64,000 bases of DNA from Balanoglossus misakiensis (Eukaryota; Animalia; Hemichordata): assembly GCA_040954595.2 (NCBI GenBank), contig CM082591.2, forward strand, positions 9,689,309 through 9,753,308. The letters run 5' to 3'. Both the position numbers and the translations under genes were made by a program. The notes beneath the pieces were generated by a model. That model did not search any database. It was not told where the DNA came from and worked only from the letters and a program-made list of their open reading frames with translations. This document shows, one piece after another, positions 38,222 through 53,200 of the stretch (positions within the stretch are counted from its first letter, which is position 1; the number at the start of each line of letters is the position of its first letter).

Positions 38222-41200
38222 TTGGCTGTATTTCAATTTGTTCGTGGTAAATTAATTTTGTGGAGGTGACCGGCACTGAAGCTCTTAGCTAGGATGAGGT
38301 GGGATGGAAAAATGCCCCATTTTAGCTGTTTTAAAATATACGACTATTTATAGACAAAAGGAAAATAAAACAAGCGCAAAAACATACCAAACTAGTTTTA
38401 TTAATTAAAAATAAAAATTGCTGAGTAAAGGTTTTCATGTGGGCATTCACTTTGAACTTGCTAAATTACTTTAAAGAGACAAAGTCGCTCTCTCTTTGAC
38501 CTTTTGCGATGATGGAATGCTTGCTTGAAGTCTCTCGTGCAATAAATGATGTCGATTCATACATGTATGGATGGTGTATAGGTGGTCGGAATTTACATGT
38601 CTTTGCCACGACCAAACCAACAACACGTAAAATCAAAGTTTGGGTCATGAAATCGAGATTTGTTACAGTCTAGAATTTCATGCCACCCCTTATGGTCATA
38701 TTATTCTTGGTAGGCAAAAGTGACAAGTAGTCAAGTTTCAACACAGGCAACATTTTTTACAAACAAACCACACAGAAGACATCAAAAGGGAGAGAATTAT
38801 AGAATGGTCAATGTGTGAAAAGTTAAGATACGTAAAGTGGCCGGGTTCAACATTAACTCATCGACTTCATATCGTCTTCATGCCATGGTTTTTGCCTGCC
38901 CTGAAAGTTCCTGTCGTTGCAGAAGTGGTTTTGACAGAAAGAATTTAGTCTTCCGGGATGTTTGTGATTATTTGAACACCAGACAATACAATGCAACCTT
39001 GACTTCCAAAATACTTACCGGCATTGCATTATCTTACCATCGTTAGGCCTACAGTGAACAAATTTTCAACAATATTTTCTGAGTTACCGCTGATATTTGT
39101 TTTGTAGTATGGATATTAAATTATACATCCCGATACAAAACAGAATGTTATAGAATCCTTCCTGAGTGATATTGAAAAAATTACCGGAATGCTACCGCCT
39201 AATCTATGGTTAGGGTTATTGCTATTATTTTATATCAGTAATCGACTTTGTGTATATCAATGTCATTTTCATAACGAAAATGAACTCGAGTCTAATGTAA
39301 ACGTTACGAATTGATCGAAAGGCGCTCTGATGAATGTTAACACGAGTGCGCAGTGACAAGACATGCATCGTGCATGACAGTGACAACAGTTCCTATAGAG
39401 CAGTTAAAAAATAAACCGGCCGTCCGTAAATTTATCAGCTATATTTTTTTTTATTTAGTCACGTTTTCCCTGTTGCATGCTATTAGTTCAGGGGCCAGTT
39501 TTAGCAGTGCTCTATTGAGTACTTTCGTATCGATGGATTGATCTCTCGTCCAATCAGAATGGCGGATGGTAGCATGATCCGACATATTGCGTATTACAAT
39601 AGGGCTTCCTCATACAGGTCAGAACGGAGAGGTCATTCCTTTTATTTTAGGACGTCTCAGCTCCTTTGTCTTTTCTGTTATAGTGTTAAAGAAATCAAAC
39701 GGTTTTGTTTTGGCCGGTAAACACCGATGGATTAACTCTTAAGTCCATCGTGCATCCAAACGCAGTCGAGTCGGTTTGGTCATTGTTTATGCGACAGTAA
39801 ATGCCAAATGTGACAGAAGCATCATATTAAATGAGATAGAATACACAAACAAACAAACATACGAATAAACAAACAGGCAAACAAACAAACAACCACTAGG
39901 GACTGTTCAGAATTTACTTCCAAGTTGGGGATGGAGGATTTTTTATTTTCCTGGTGATTTTTTTCCATGGTCTCCCCTAGTAAATTGTGGAGGAAATATG
40001 TGGTCCCTCCTTAAATTTCCTGGGGATTTTCCATGGTCCCCCTATTGTGACTTTTATGTCTAGTCTCCCCTAATTTGTCTTGGAGAAAATGGGTGGTCTC
40101 CCCCTCTGAAAATTCTCCGCCCCCTGGAAGTAAATTCTGAACAGTCCCTTATTAAAGCCAACAGCTAGCACCATGGCTTCTCTGCCAGAGGAGCGATAAC
40201 ATCGACAAAATGCAGATACACAAGAAATGAGCACTTTATTCCACAAGTGAAGTAGTCTGTTCCCTGCCCCATTCCCACCGCTGGCTGCGCCCTTTAGCGT
40301 AGCGCCGATGGCAGTGGGAATGGGGCAGGGGACCAGACTACAAGTGAAGAACCCCAGTAACAGACGTAACGAACAAACAAACTACATGTACTAACAACAA
40401 AGCAAGAAAAGTGTCAAGCGTCGTCAAAGAAAACGAAAAAGTTCTAGCATGGTTGGTAAAAGTTATTGGTAGAAAACGAATAGGGCCTTCTACAAATGAC
40501 GTCTCAGACCCGCAAACGCCACCAGAACACAAAACACATGCACAGAACAGTTTAAGCCGGTTGTTGTATGGAGCAGCAATAATCTGCGGTTGGGCCGTCG
40601 TAGATTTTCGCTGGTGGTGAAAATAAATAAAACACGATCGATGTTCGATTTATTCCAGATCACATGCGTTTACGGCCAGGAGAGAGCATAAAAGTCTTCA
40701 AATAACCATGTGGTGGCGCACTTTTTCCGATTGGCTGTATTTCAATTTGTTCGTGGTAAATTAATTTTGTGGAGGTGACCGGCACTGAAGCTCTTAGCTA
40801 GGATGAGGTGGGATGGAAAAATGCCCCATTTTAGCTGTTTTAAAATATACGACTATTTATAGACAAAAGGAAAATAAAACAAGCGCAAAAACATACCAAA
40901 CCTAGTTTTATTAATTAAAAACAAAATTGCTGAGTAAAGGTTTTCATGTGGGCATTCACTTTGAACTTGCTAAATTAATTAAAAGAGACAAAGTCGCTCT
41001 CTCTTTGTCCTTTTGCGATGATAGAATGCTTGCTTGAAGTCTCTCGTGCAATAAATGATGTCGATTCATACATGTATGGATGGTGTATAGGTGGTCGGAA
41101 TTTACATGTCTTTGCCACGACCAAACCAACAACACGTAAAATCAAAGTTTGGGTCATTAAATCGAGTTTTGTTACAGTCTAGAATTTCATGCCACCCCTT

Positions 41201-44200
41201 ATGGTCATATTATTCTTGGTAGGCAAAAGTGACAAGTAGTCAAGTTATAACACAGGCAACATTTTTTACAAACAAACCACACAGAAGACATCAAAAGGGA
41301 GAGAATTATAGAATGGTCAATGTGTGAAAAGTTAAGATACGTAAAGTGGCCGGGTTCAACATTAACTCATCGACTTCATATCGTCTTCATGCCATGGTTT
41401 TTGCCTGCCCTGAAAGTTCCTGTCGTTGCAGAAGTGGTTTTGACAGAAAGAATTTAGTCTTCCGGAATGTTTGTGATTATTTGAACACCAGACAATACAA
41501 TGCAACCTTGACTTCCAAAATACTTACCGGCATTGCATTATCTTACCATGGTTAGGCCTACAGTGAACAAATTTTCAACAATATTTTCTGAGTTACCGCT
41601 GATATTTGTTTTGTAGTATGGATATTAAATTATACATCCCGATACAAAACAGAATGTTATAGAATCCTTCCTGAGTGATATTGAAAAAATTACCGGAATG
41701 CTACCGCCTAATCTATGGTTAGGGTTATTGCTATTATTTTATATCAGTAATCGACTTTGTGTATATCAATGTCATTTTCATAACGAAAATGAACTCGAGT
41801 CTAATGTAAACGTTACGAATTGATCGAAAGGCGCTCTGATGAATGTTAACACGAGTGCGCAGTGACAAGACATGCATCGTGCATGACAGTGACAACAGTT
41901 CCTATAGAGCAGTTAAAAAATAAACCGGCCGTCCGGAAATTTATCAGCTATATTTTTTTTATTTAGTCACGTTTTCCCTGTTGCATGCTATTAGTTCAGG
42001 GGCCAGTTTTAGCAGTGCTCTATTGAGTACTTTCGTATCGATGGATTGATCTCTCGTCCAATCAGAATGGCGGATGGTAGCATGATCCGACATATTGCGT
42101 ATTACAATAGGGCTTCCTCATACAGGTCAGAACGGAGAGGTCATTCCTTTTATTTTAGGACGTCTCAGCTCCTTTGTCTTTTCTGTTATAGTGTTAAAGA
42201 AATCAAACGGTTTTGTTTTGGCCGGTAAACACCGATGGATTAACTCTTAAGTCCATCGTGCATCCAAACGCAGTCGAGTCGGTTTGGTCATTGTTTATGC
42301 GACAGTAAATGCCAAATGTGACAGAAGCATCATATTAAATGAGATAGAATACACAAACAAACAAACATACGAATAAACAAACAGGCAAACAAACAAACAA
42401 ACAACCATTAGGGACTGTTCAGAATTTACTTCCAAGTTGGGGATGGAGGATTTTTTATTTTCCTGGTGATTTTTTTCCATGGTCTCCCCTAGTAAATTGT
42501 GGAGGAAATATGTGGTCCCTCCTTAAATTTCCTGGGGATTTTCCATGGTCCCCCTATTGTGACTTTTATGTCTAGTCTCCCCTAATTTGTCTTGGAGAAA
42601 ATGGGTGGTCTCCCCCTCTGAAAATTCTCCGCCCCCTGGAAGTAAATTCTGAACAGTCCCTTATTAAAGCCAACAGCTAGCACCCTGGCTTCTCTGCCAG
42701 AGGAGCGATAACATCGACAAAATGCAGATACACAAGAAATGAGCACTTTATTCCACAAGTGAAGTAGTCTGTTCCCTGCCCCATTCCCACCGCTGGCTGC
42801 GCCCTTTAGCGTAGCGCCGATGGCAGTGGGAATGGGGCAGGGGACCAGACTACAAGTGAAGAACCCCAGTAACAGACGTAACGAACAAACAAACTACATG
42901 TACTAACAACAAAGCAAGAAAAGTGTCAAGCGTCGTCAAAGAAAACGAAAAAGTTCTAGCATGGTTGGTAAAAGTTATTGGTAGAAAACGAATAGGGCCT
43001 TCTACAAATGACGTCTCAGACCCGCAAACGCCACCAGAACACAAAACACATGCACAGAACAGTTTAAGCCGGTTGTTGTATGGAGCAGCAATAATCTGCG
43101 GTTGGGCCGTCGTAGATTTTCGCTGGTGGTGAAAATAAATAAAACACGATCGATGTTCGATTTATTCCAGATCACATGCGTTTACGGCCAGGAGAGAGCA
43201 TAAAAGTCTTCAAATAACCATGTGGTGGCGCATATTTTCCGATTGGCTGTATTTCAATTTGTTCGTGGTAAATTAATTTTGTGGAGGTGACCGGCACTGA
43301 AGCTCTTAGCTAGGATGAGGTGGGATGGAAAAATGCCCCATTTTAGCTGTTTTAAAATATACGACTATTTATAGACAAAAGGAAAATAAAACAAGCGCAA
43401 AAACATACCAAACCTAGTTTTATTAATTAAAAACAAAATTGCTGAGTAAAGGTTTTCATGTGGGCATTCACTTTGAACTTGCTAAATTAATTAAAAGAGA
43501 CAAAGTCGCTCTCTCTTTGTCCTTTTGCGATGATAGAATGCTTGCTTGAAGTCTCTCGTGCAATAAATGATGTCGATTCATACATGTATGGATGGTGTAT
43601 AGGTGGTCGGAATTTACATGTCTTTGCCACGACCAAACCAACAACACGTAAAATCAAAGTTTGGGTCATTAAATAGAGTTTTGTTACAGTCTAGAATTTC
43701 ATGCCACCCCTTATGGTCATATTATTCTTGGTAGGCAAAAGTGACAAGTAGTCAAGTTTCAACACAGGCAACATTTTTTACAAACAAACCACAAAGAAGA
43801 CATCAAAAGGGAGAGAATTATAGAATGGTCAATGTGTGAGAAGTTAAGATACGTAAAGTGGCCGGGTTCAACATTAACTCATCGACTTCATATCGTCTCC
43901 ATGCCATGGTTTTTGCCTTCCCTGAAAGTTCTTGTCGTTGCAGAAGTGGTTTTGACAGAAAGAATTTAGTCTTCCGGGATGTTTGTGATTATTTGAACAC
44001 CAGACAATACAATGCAACCTTGACTTCCAAAATACTTACCGGCATTGCATTATCTTACCATGGTTAGGCCTACAGTGAACAAATTTTCAACAATATTTTC
44101 TGAGTTACCGCTGATATTTGTTTTGTAGTATGGATATTAAATTATACATCCCGATACAAAACAGAATGTTATAGAATCCTTCCTGAGTGATATTGAAAAA

Positions 44201-47200
44201 ATTACCGGAATGCTACCGCCTAATCTATGGTTAGGGTTATTGCTATTATTTTATATCAGTAATCGACTTTGTGTATATCAATGTCATTTTCATAACGAAA
44301 ATGAACTCGAGTCTAATGTAAACGTTACGAATTGATCGAAAGGCGCTCTGATGAATGTTAACACGAGTGCGCAGTGACAAGACATGCATCGTGCATGACA
44401 GTGACAACAGTTCCTATAGAGCAGTTAAAAAATAAACCGGCCGTCCGTAAATTTATCAGCTATATTTTTTTTTATTTAGTCACGTTTTCCCTGTTGCATG
44501 CTATTAGTTCAGGGGCCAGTTTTAGCAGTGCTCTATTGAGTACTTTCGTATCGATGGATTGATCTCTCGTCCAATCAGAATGGCGGATGGTAGCATGATC
44601 CGACATATTGCGGATTACAATAGGGCTTCCTCATACAGGTCAGAACGGAGAGGTCATTCCTTTTATTTTAGGACGTCTCAGCTCCTTTGTCTTTTCTGTT
44701 ATAGTGTTAAATAAATCAAACGGTTTTGTTTTGGCCGGTAAACACCGATGGATTAACTCTTAAGTCCATCGTGCATCCAAACGCAGTCGAGTCGGTTTGG
44801 TCATTGTTTATGCGACAGTAAATGCCAAATGTGACAGAAGCATCATATTAAATGAGATAGAATACACAAACAAACAAACATACGAATAAACAAACAGGCA
44901 AACAAACAAACAAACAACCATTAGGGACTGTTCAGAATTTACTTCCAAGTTGGGGATGGAGGATTTTTTATTTTCCTGGTGATTTTTTTCCATGGTCTCC
45001 CCTAGTAAATTGTGGAGGAAATACGTGGTCCCTCCTTAAATTTCCTGGGGATTTTCCATGGTCCCCCTATTGTGACTTTTATGTCTAGTCTCCCCTAATT
45101 TGTCTTGGAGAAAATGGGTGGTCTCCCCCTCTGAAAATTCTCCGCCCCCTGGAAGTAAATTCTGAACAGTCCCTTATTAAAGCCAACAGCTAGCACCCTG
45201 GCTTCTCTGCCAGAGGAGCGATAACATCGACAAAATGCAGATACACAAGAAATGAGCACTTTATTCCACAAGTGAAGTAGTCTGTTCCCTGCCCCATTCC
45301 CACCGCTGGCTGCGCCCTTTAGCGTAGCGCCGATGGCAGTGGGAATGGGGCAGGGGACCAGACTACAAGTGAAGAACCCCAGTAACAGACGTAACGAACA
45401 AACAAACTACATGTACTAACAACAAAGCAAGAAATGTGTCAAGCGTCGTCAAAGAAAACGAAAAAGTTCTAGCATGGTTGGTAAAAGTTATTGGTAGAAA
45501 ACGAATAGGGCCTTCTACAAATGACGTCTCAGACCCGCAAACGCCACCAGAACACAAAACACATGCACAGAACAGTTTAAGCCGGTTGTTGTATGGAGCA
45601 GCAATAATCTGCGGTTGGGCCGTCGTAGATTTTCGCTGGTGGTGAAAATAAATAAAACACGATCGATGTTCGATTTATTCCAGATCACATGCGTTTACGG
45701 CCAGGAGAGAGCATAAAAGTCTTCAAATAACCATGTGGTGGCGCACTTTTTCCGATTGGCTGTATTTCAATTTGTTCGTGGTAAATTAATTTTGTGGAGG
45801 TGACCGGCACTGAAGCTCTTAGCTAGGATGAGATGGGATGGAAAAATGCCCCATTTTAGCTGTTTTAAAATATACGACTATTTATAGACAAAAGGAAAAT
45901 AAAACAAGCGCAAAAACATACCAAACCTAGTTTTATTAATTAAAAACAAAATTGCTGAGTAAAGGTTTTCATGTGGGCATTCACTTCGAACTTGCTAAAT
46001 TAATTAAAAGAGACAAAGTCGTTCTCTCTTTGTCCTTTTGCGATGATAGAATGCTTGCTTGAAGTCTCTCGTGCAATAAATGATGTCGATTCATACATGT
46101 ATGGATGGTGTATAGGTGGTCGGAATTTACATGTCTTTGCCACGACCAAACCAACAACACGTAAAATCAATGTTTGGGTCATTAAATCGAGTTTTGTTAC
46201 AGTCTAGAATTTCATGCCACCCCTTATGGTCATATTATTCTTGGTAGGCAAAAGTGACAAGTAGTCAAGTTTCAACACAGGCAACATTTTTTACAAACAA
46301 ACCACAAAGAAGACATCAAAAGGGAGAGAATGATAGAATGGTCAATGTGTGAAAAGTTAAGATACGTAAAGTGGCCGGGTTCAACATTAACTCATCGACT
46401 TCATATCGTCTTCATGCCATGGTTTTTGCCTGCCCTGAAAGTTCTTGTCGTTGCAGAAATGGTTTTGACAGAAAGAATTTAGTCTTCCGGGATGTTTGTG
46501 ATTATTTGAACACCAGACAATACAATGCAACCTTGACTTCCAAAATACTTACCGGCATTGCATTATCTTACCATGGTTAGGCCTACAGTGAACAAATTTT
46601 CAACAATATTTTCTGAGTTACCGCTGATATTTGTTTTGTAGTATGGATATTAAATTATACATCCCGATACAAAACAGAATGTTATAGAATCCTTCCTGAG
46701 TGATATTGAAAAAATTACCGGAATGCTACCGCCTAATCTATGGTTAGGGTTATTGCTATTATTTTATATCAGTAATCGACTTTGTGTATATCAATGTCAT
46801 TTTCATAACGAAAATGAACTCGAGTCTAATGTAAACGTTACGAATTGATCGAAAGGCGCTCTGATGAATGTTAACACGAGTGCGCAGTGACAAGACATGC
46901 ATCGTGCGTGACAGTGACAACAGTTCCTATAGAGCAGTTAAAAAATAAACCGGCCGTCCGGAAATTTATCAGCTATATTTTTTTTTATTTAGTCACGTTT
47001 TCCCTGTTGCATGCTATTAGTTCAGGGGCCAGTTTTAGCAGTGCTCTATTGAGTACTTTCGTATTGATGGATTGATCTCTCGTCCAATCAGAATGGCGGA
47101 TGGTAGCATGATCCGACATATTGCGGATTACAATAGGGCTTCCTCATACAGGTCAGAACGGAGAGGTCATTCCTTTTATTTTAGGACGTCTCAGCTCCTT

Positions 47201-50200
47201 TGTCTTTTCTGTTATAGTGTTAAAGAAATCAAACGGTTTTGTTTTGGCCGGTAAACACCGATGGATTAACTCTTAAGTCCATCGTGCATCCAAACGCAGT
47301 CGAGTCGGTTTGGTCATTGTTTATGCGACAGTAAATGCCAAATGTGACAGAAGCATCATATTAAATGAGATAGAATACACAAACAAACAAACATACGAAT
47401 AAACAAACAGGCAAACAAACAAACAAACAACCATTAGGGACTGTTCAGAATTTACTTCCAAGTTGGGGATGTAGGATTTTTTATTTTCCTGGTGATTTTT
47501 TTCCATGGTCTCCCCTAGTAAATTGTGGAGGAAATATGTGGTCCCTCCTTAAATTTCCTGGGGATTTTCCATGGTCCCCCTATTGTGACTTTTATGTCTA
47601 GTCTCCCCTAATTTGTCTTGGAGAAAATGGGTGGTCTCCCCCTCTGAAAATTCTCCGCCCCCTGGAAGTAAATTCTGAACAGTCCCTTATTAAAGCCAAC
47701 AGCTAGCACCCTGGCTTCTCTGCCAGAGGAGCGATAACATCGACAAAATGCAGATACACAAGAAATGAGCACTTTATTCCACAAGTGAAGTAGTCTGTTC
47801 CCTGCCCCATTCCCACCGCTGGCTGCGCCCTTTAGCGTAGCGCCGATGGCAGTGGGAATGGGGCAGGGGACCAGACTACAAGTGAAGAACCCCAGTAACA
47901 GACGTAACGAACAAACAAACTACATGTACTAACAACAAAGCAAGAAATGTGTCAAGCGTCGTCAAAGAAAACGAAAAAGTTCTAGCATGGTTGGTAAAAG
48001 TTATTGGTAGAAAACGAATAGGGCCTTCTACAAATGACGTCTCAGACCCGCAAACGCCACCAGAACACAAAACACATGCACAGAACAGTTTAAGCCGGTT
48101 GTTGTATGGAGCAGCAATAATCTGCGGTTAGGCCGTCGTAGATTTTCGCTGGTGGTGAAAATAAATAAAACACGATCGATGTTCGATTTATTCCAGATCA
48201 CATGCGTTTACGGCCAGGAGAGAGCATAAAAGTCTTCAAATAACCATGTAGTGGCGCACTTTTTCCGATTGGCTGTATTTCAATTTGTTCGTGGTAAATT
48301 AATTTTGTGGAGGTGACCGGCACTGAAGCTCTTAGCTAGGATGAGGTGGGATGGAAAAATGCCCCATTTTAGCTGTTTTAAAATATACGACTATTTATAG
48401 ACAAAAGGAAAATAAAACAAGCGCAAAAACATACCAAACCTAGTTTTATTAATTAAAAACAAAATTGCTGAGTAAAGGTTTTCATGTGGGCATTCACTTT
48501 GAACTTGCTAAATTAATTAAAAGAGACAAAGTCGTTCTCTCTTTGTCCTTTTGCGATGATAGAATGCTTGCTTGAAGTCTCTCGTGCAATAAATGATGTC
48601 GATTCATACATGTATGGATGGTGTATAGGTGGTCGGAATTTACATGTCTTTGCCACGACCAAACCAACAACACGTAAAATCAAAGTTTGGGTCATTAAAT
48701 CGAGTTTTGTTACAGTCTAGAATTTCATGCCACCCCTTATGGTCATATTATTCTTGGTAGGCAAAAGTGACAAGTAGTCAAGTTTCAACACAGGCAACAT
48801 TTTTTACAAACAAACCACAAAGAAGACATCAAAAGGGAGAGAATGATAGAATGGTCAATGTGTGAAAAGTTAAGATACGTAAAGTGGCCGGGTTCAACAT
48901 TAACTCATCGACTTCATATCGTCTTCATGCCATGGTTTTTGCCTGCCCTGAAAGTTCTTGTCGTTGCAGAAATGGTTTTGACAGAAAGAATTTAGTCTTC
49001 CGGGATGTTTGTGATTATTTGAACACCAGACAATACAATGCAACCTTGACTTCCAAAATACTTACCGGCATTGCATTATCTTACCATGGTTAGGCCTACA
49101 GTGAACAAATTTTCAACAATATTTTCTGAGTTACCGCTGATATTTGTTTTGTAGTATGGATATTAAATGAGATAGAATACACAAACAAACAAACATACGA
49201 ATAAACAAACAGGCAAACAAACAAACAAACAACCATTAGGGACTGTTCAGAATTTACTTCCAAGTTGGGGATGGAGGATTTTTTATTTTCCTGGTGATTT
49301 TTTTCCATGGTCTCCCCTAGTAAATTGTGGAGGAAATATGTGGTCCCTCCTTAAATTTCCTGGGGATTTTCCATGGTCCCCCTATTGTGACTTTTATGTC
49401 TAGTCTCCCCTAATTTGTCTTGGAGAAAATGGGTGGTCCCCCCCCCCCTCTGAAAATTCTCCGCCCCCTGGAAGTAAATTCTGAACAGTCCCTTATTAAA
49501 GCCAACAGCTAGCACCCTGGCTTCTCTGCCAGAGGAGCGATAACATCGACAAAATGCAGATACACAAGAAATGAGCACTTTATTCCACAAGTGAAGTAGC
49601 CTGTTCCCTGCCCCATTCCCACCGCTGGCTGCGCCCTTTAGCGTAGCGCCGATGGCAGTGGGAATGGGGCAGGGGACCAGACTACAAGTGAAGAACCCCA
49701 GTAACAGACGTAACGAACAAACAAACTACATGTACTAACAACAAAGCAAGAAAAGTGTCAAGCGTCGTCAAAGAAAACGAAAAAGTTCTAGCATGGTTGG
49801 TAAAAGTTATTGGTATAAAACGAATAGGGCCTTCTACAAATGACGTCTCAGACCCGCAAACGCCACCAGAACACAAAACACATGCACAGAACAGTTTAAG
49901 CCGGTTGTTGTATGGAGCAGCAATAATCTGCGGTTGGGCCGTCGTAGATTTTCGCTGGTGGTGAAAATAAATAAAACACGATCGATGTTCGATTTATTCC
50001 AGATCACATGCGTTTACGGCCAGGAGAGAGCATAAAAGTCTTCAAATGACCATGTGGTGGCGCACTTTTTCCGATTGGCTGTATTTCAATTTGTTCGTGG
50101 TAAATTAATTTTGTGGAGGTGACCGGCACTGAAGCTCTTAGCTAGGATGAGGTGGGATGGAAAAATGCCCCATTTTAGCTGTTTTAAAATATACGACTAT

Positions 50201-53200
50201 TTATAGACAAAAGGAAAATAAAACAAGCGCAAAAACATACCAAACCTAGTTTTATTAATTAAAAACAAAATTGCTGAGTAAAGGTTTTCATGTGGGCATT
50301 CACTTTGAACTTGCTAAATTAATTTAAAGAGACAAAGTCGCTCTCTCTTTGTCCTTTTGCGATGATAGAATGCTTGCTTGAAGTCTCTCGTGCAATAAAT
50401 GATGTCGATTCATACATGTATGGATGGTGTGTAGGTGGTCGGAATTTACATGTCTTTGCCACGACCAAACCAACAACACGTAAAATCAAAGTTTGGGTCA
50501 TGAAATCGAGTTTTGTTACAGTCTAGAATTTCATGCCACCCCTTATGGTCATATTATTCTTGGTAGGCAAAAGTGACAAGTAGTCAAGTTTCAACACAGG
50601 CAACATTTTTTACAAACAAACCACAAAGAAGACATCAAAAGGGAGAGAATTATAGAATGGTCAATGTGTGAAAAGTTAAGATACGTAAAGTGGCCGGGTT
50701 CAACATTAACTCATCGACTTCATATCGTCTTCATGCCATGGTTTTTGCCTGCCCTGAAAGTTCTTGACGTTGCAGAAGTGGTTTTGACAGAAAGAATTTA
50801 GTCTTCCGGGATGTTTGTGATTATTTGAACACCAGACAATACAATGCAACCTTGACTTCCAAAATACTTACCGGCATTGCATTATCTTACCATGGTTAGG
50901 CCTACAGTGAACAAATTTTCAACAATATTTTCTGAGTTACCGCTGATATTTGTTTTGTAGTATGGATATTAAATTATACATCCCGATACAAAACAGAATG
51001 TTATAGAATCCTTCCTGAGTGATATTGAAAAAATTACCGGAATGCTACCGCCTAATCTATGGTTAGGGTTATTGCTATTATTTTATATCAGTAATCGACT
51101 TTGTGTATATCAATGTCATTTTCATAACGAAAATGAACTCGAGTCTAATGTAAACGTTACGAATTGATCGAAAGGCGCTCTGATGAATGTTAACACGAGT
51201 GCGCAGTGACAAGACATGCATCGTGCATGACAGTGACAACAGTTCCTATAGAGCAGTTAAAAAATAAACCGGCCGTCCGTAAATTTATCAGCTATATTTT
51301 TTTTTATTTAGTCACGTTTTCCCTGTTGCATGCTATTAGTTCAGGGGCCAGTTTTAGCAGTGCTCTATTGAGTACTTTCGTATCGATGGATTGATCTCTC
51401 GTCCAATCAGAATGGCGGATGGTAGCATGATCCGACATATTGCGTATTACAATAGGGCTTCCTCATACAGGTCAGAACGGAGAGGTCATTCCTTTTATTT
51501 TAGGACGTCTCAGCTCCTTTGTCTTTTCTGTTATAGTGTTAAAGAAATCAAACGGTTTTGTTTTGGCCGGTAAACACCGATGGATTAACTCTTAAGTCCA
51601 TCGTGCATCCAAACGCAGTCGAGTCGGTTTGGTCATTGTTTATGCGACAGTAAATGCCAAATGTGACAGGAGCATCATATTAAATGAGATAGAATACACA
51701 AACAAACAAACATACGAATAAACAAACAGGCAAACAAACAAACAAACAACCATTAGGGACTGTTCAGAATTTACTTCCAAGTTGGGGATGGAGGATTTTT
51801 TATTTTCCTGGTGATTTTTTTCTATGGTCTCCCCTAGTAAATTGTGGAGGAAATATGTGGACCCTCCTTAAATTTCCTGGGGATTTTCCATGGTCCCCCT
51901 ATTGTGACTTTTATGTCTAGTCTCCCCTAATTTGTCTTGGAGAAAATGGGTGGTCCCCCCCCCCCTCTGAAAATTCTCCGCCCCCTGGAAGTAAATTCTG
52001 AACAGTCCCTTATTAAAGCCAACAGCTAGCACCCTGGCTTCTCTGCCAGAGGAGCGATAACATCGACAAAATGCAGATACACAAGAAATGAGCACTTTAT
52101 TCCACAAGTGAAGTAGTCTGTTCCCTGCCCCATTCCCACCGCTGGCTGCGCCCTTTAGCGTAGCGCCGATGGCAGTGGGAATGGGGCAGGGGACCAGACT
52201 ACAAGTGAAGAACCCCAGTAACAGACGTAGCGAACAAACAAACTACATGTACTAACAACAAAGCAAGAAAAGTGTCAAGCGTCGTCAAAGAAAACGAAAA
52301 AGTTCTAGCATGGTTGGTAAAAGTTATTGGTAGAAAACGAATAGGGCCTTCTACAAATGACGTCTCAGACCCGCAAACGCCACCAGAACACAAAACACAT
52401 GCACAGAACAGTTTAAGCCGGTTGTTGTATGGAGCAGCAATAATCTGCGGTTGGGCCGTCGTAGATTTTCGCTGGTGGTGAAAATAAATAAAACACGATC
52501 GATGTTCGATTTATTCCAGATCACATGCGTTTACGGCCAGGAGAGAGCATAAAAGTCTTCAAATGACCATGTGGTGGCGCACTTTTTCCGATTGGCTGTA
52601 TTTCAATTTGTTCGTGGTAAATTAATTTTGTGGAGGTGACCGGCACTGAAGCTCTTAGCTAGGATGAGGTGGGATGGAAAAATGCCCCATTTTAGCTGTT
52701 TTAAAATATACGACTATTTATAGACAAAAGGAAAATAAAACAAGCGCAAAAACATACCAAACCTAGTTTTATTAATTAAAAACAAAATTGCTGAGTAAAG
52801 GTTTTCATGTGGGCATTCACTTTGAACTTGCTAAATTAATTTAAAGAGACAAAGTCGCTCTCTCTTTGTCCTTTTGCGATGATAGAATGCTTGCTTGAAG
52901 TCTCTCGTGCAATAAATGATGTCGATTCATACATGTATGGATGGTGTATAGGTGGTCGGAATTTACATGTCTTTGCCACGACCAAACCAACAACACGTAA
53001 AATCAAAGTTTGGGTCATGAAATCGAGTTTTGTTACAGTCTAGAATTTCATGCCACCCCTTATGGTCATATTATTCTTGGTAGGCAAAAGTGACAAATAG
53101 TCTGACAAGTTTCAACACAGGCAACATTTTTTACAAACAAACCACAAAGAAGACATCAAAAGGGAGAGAATTATAGAATGGTCAATGTGTGAAAAGTTAA

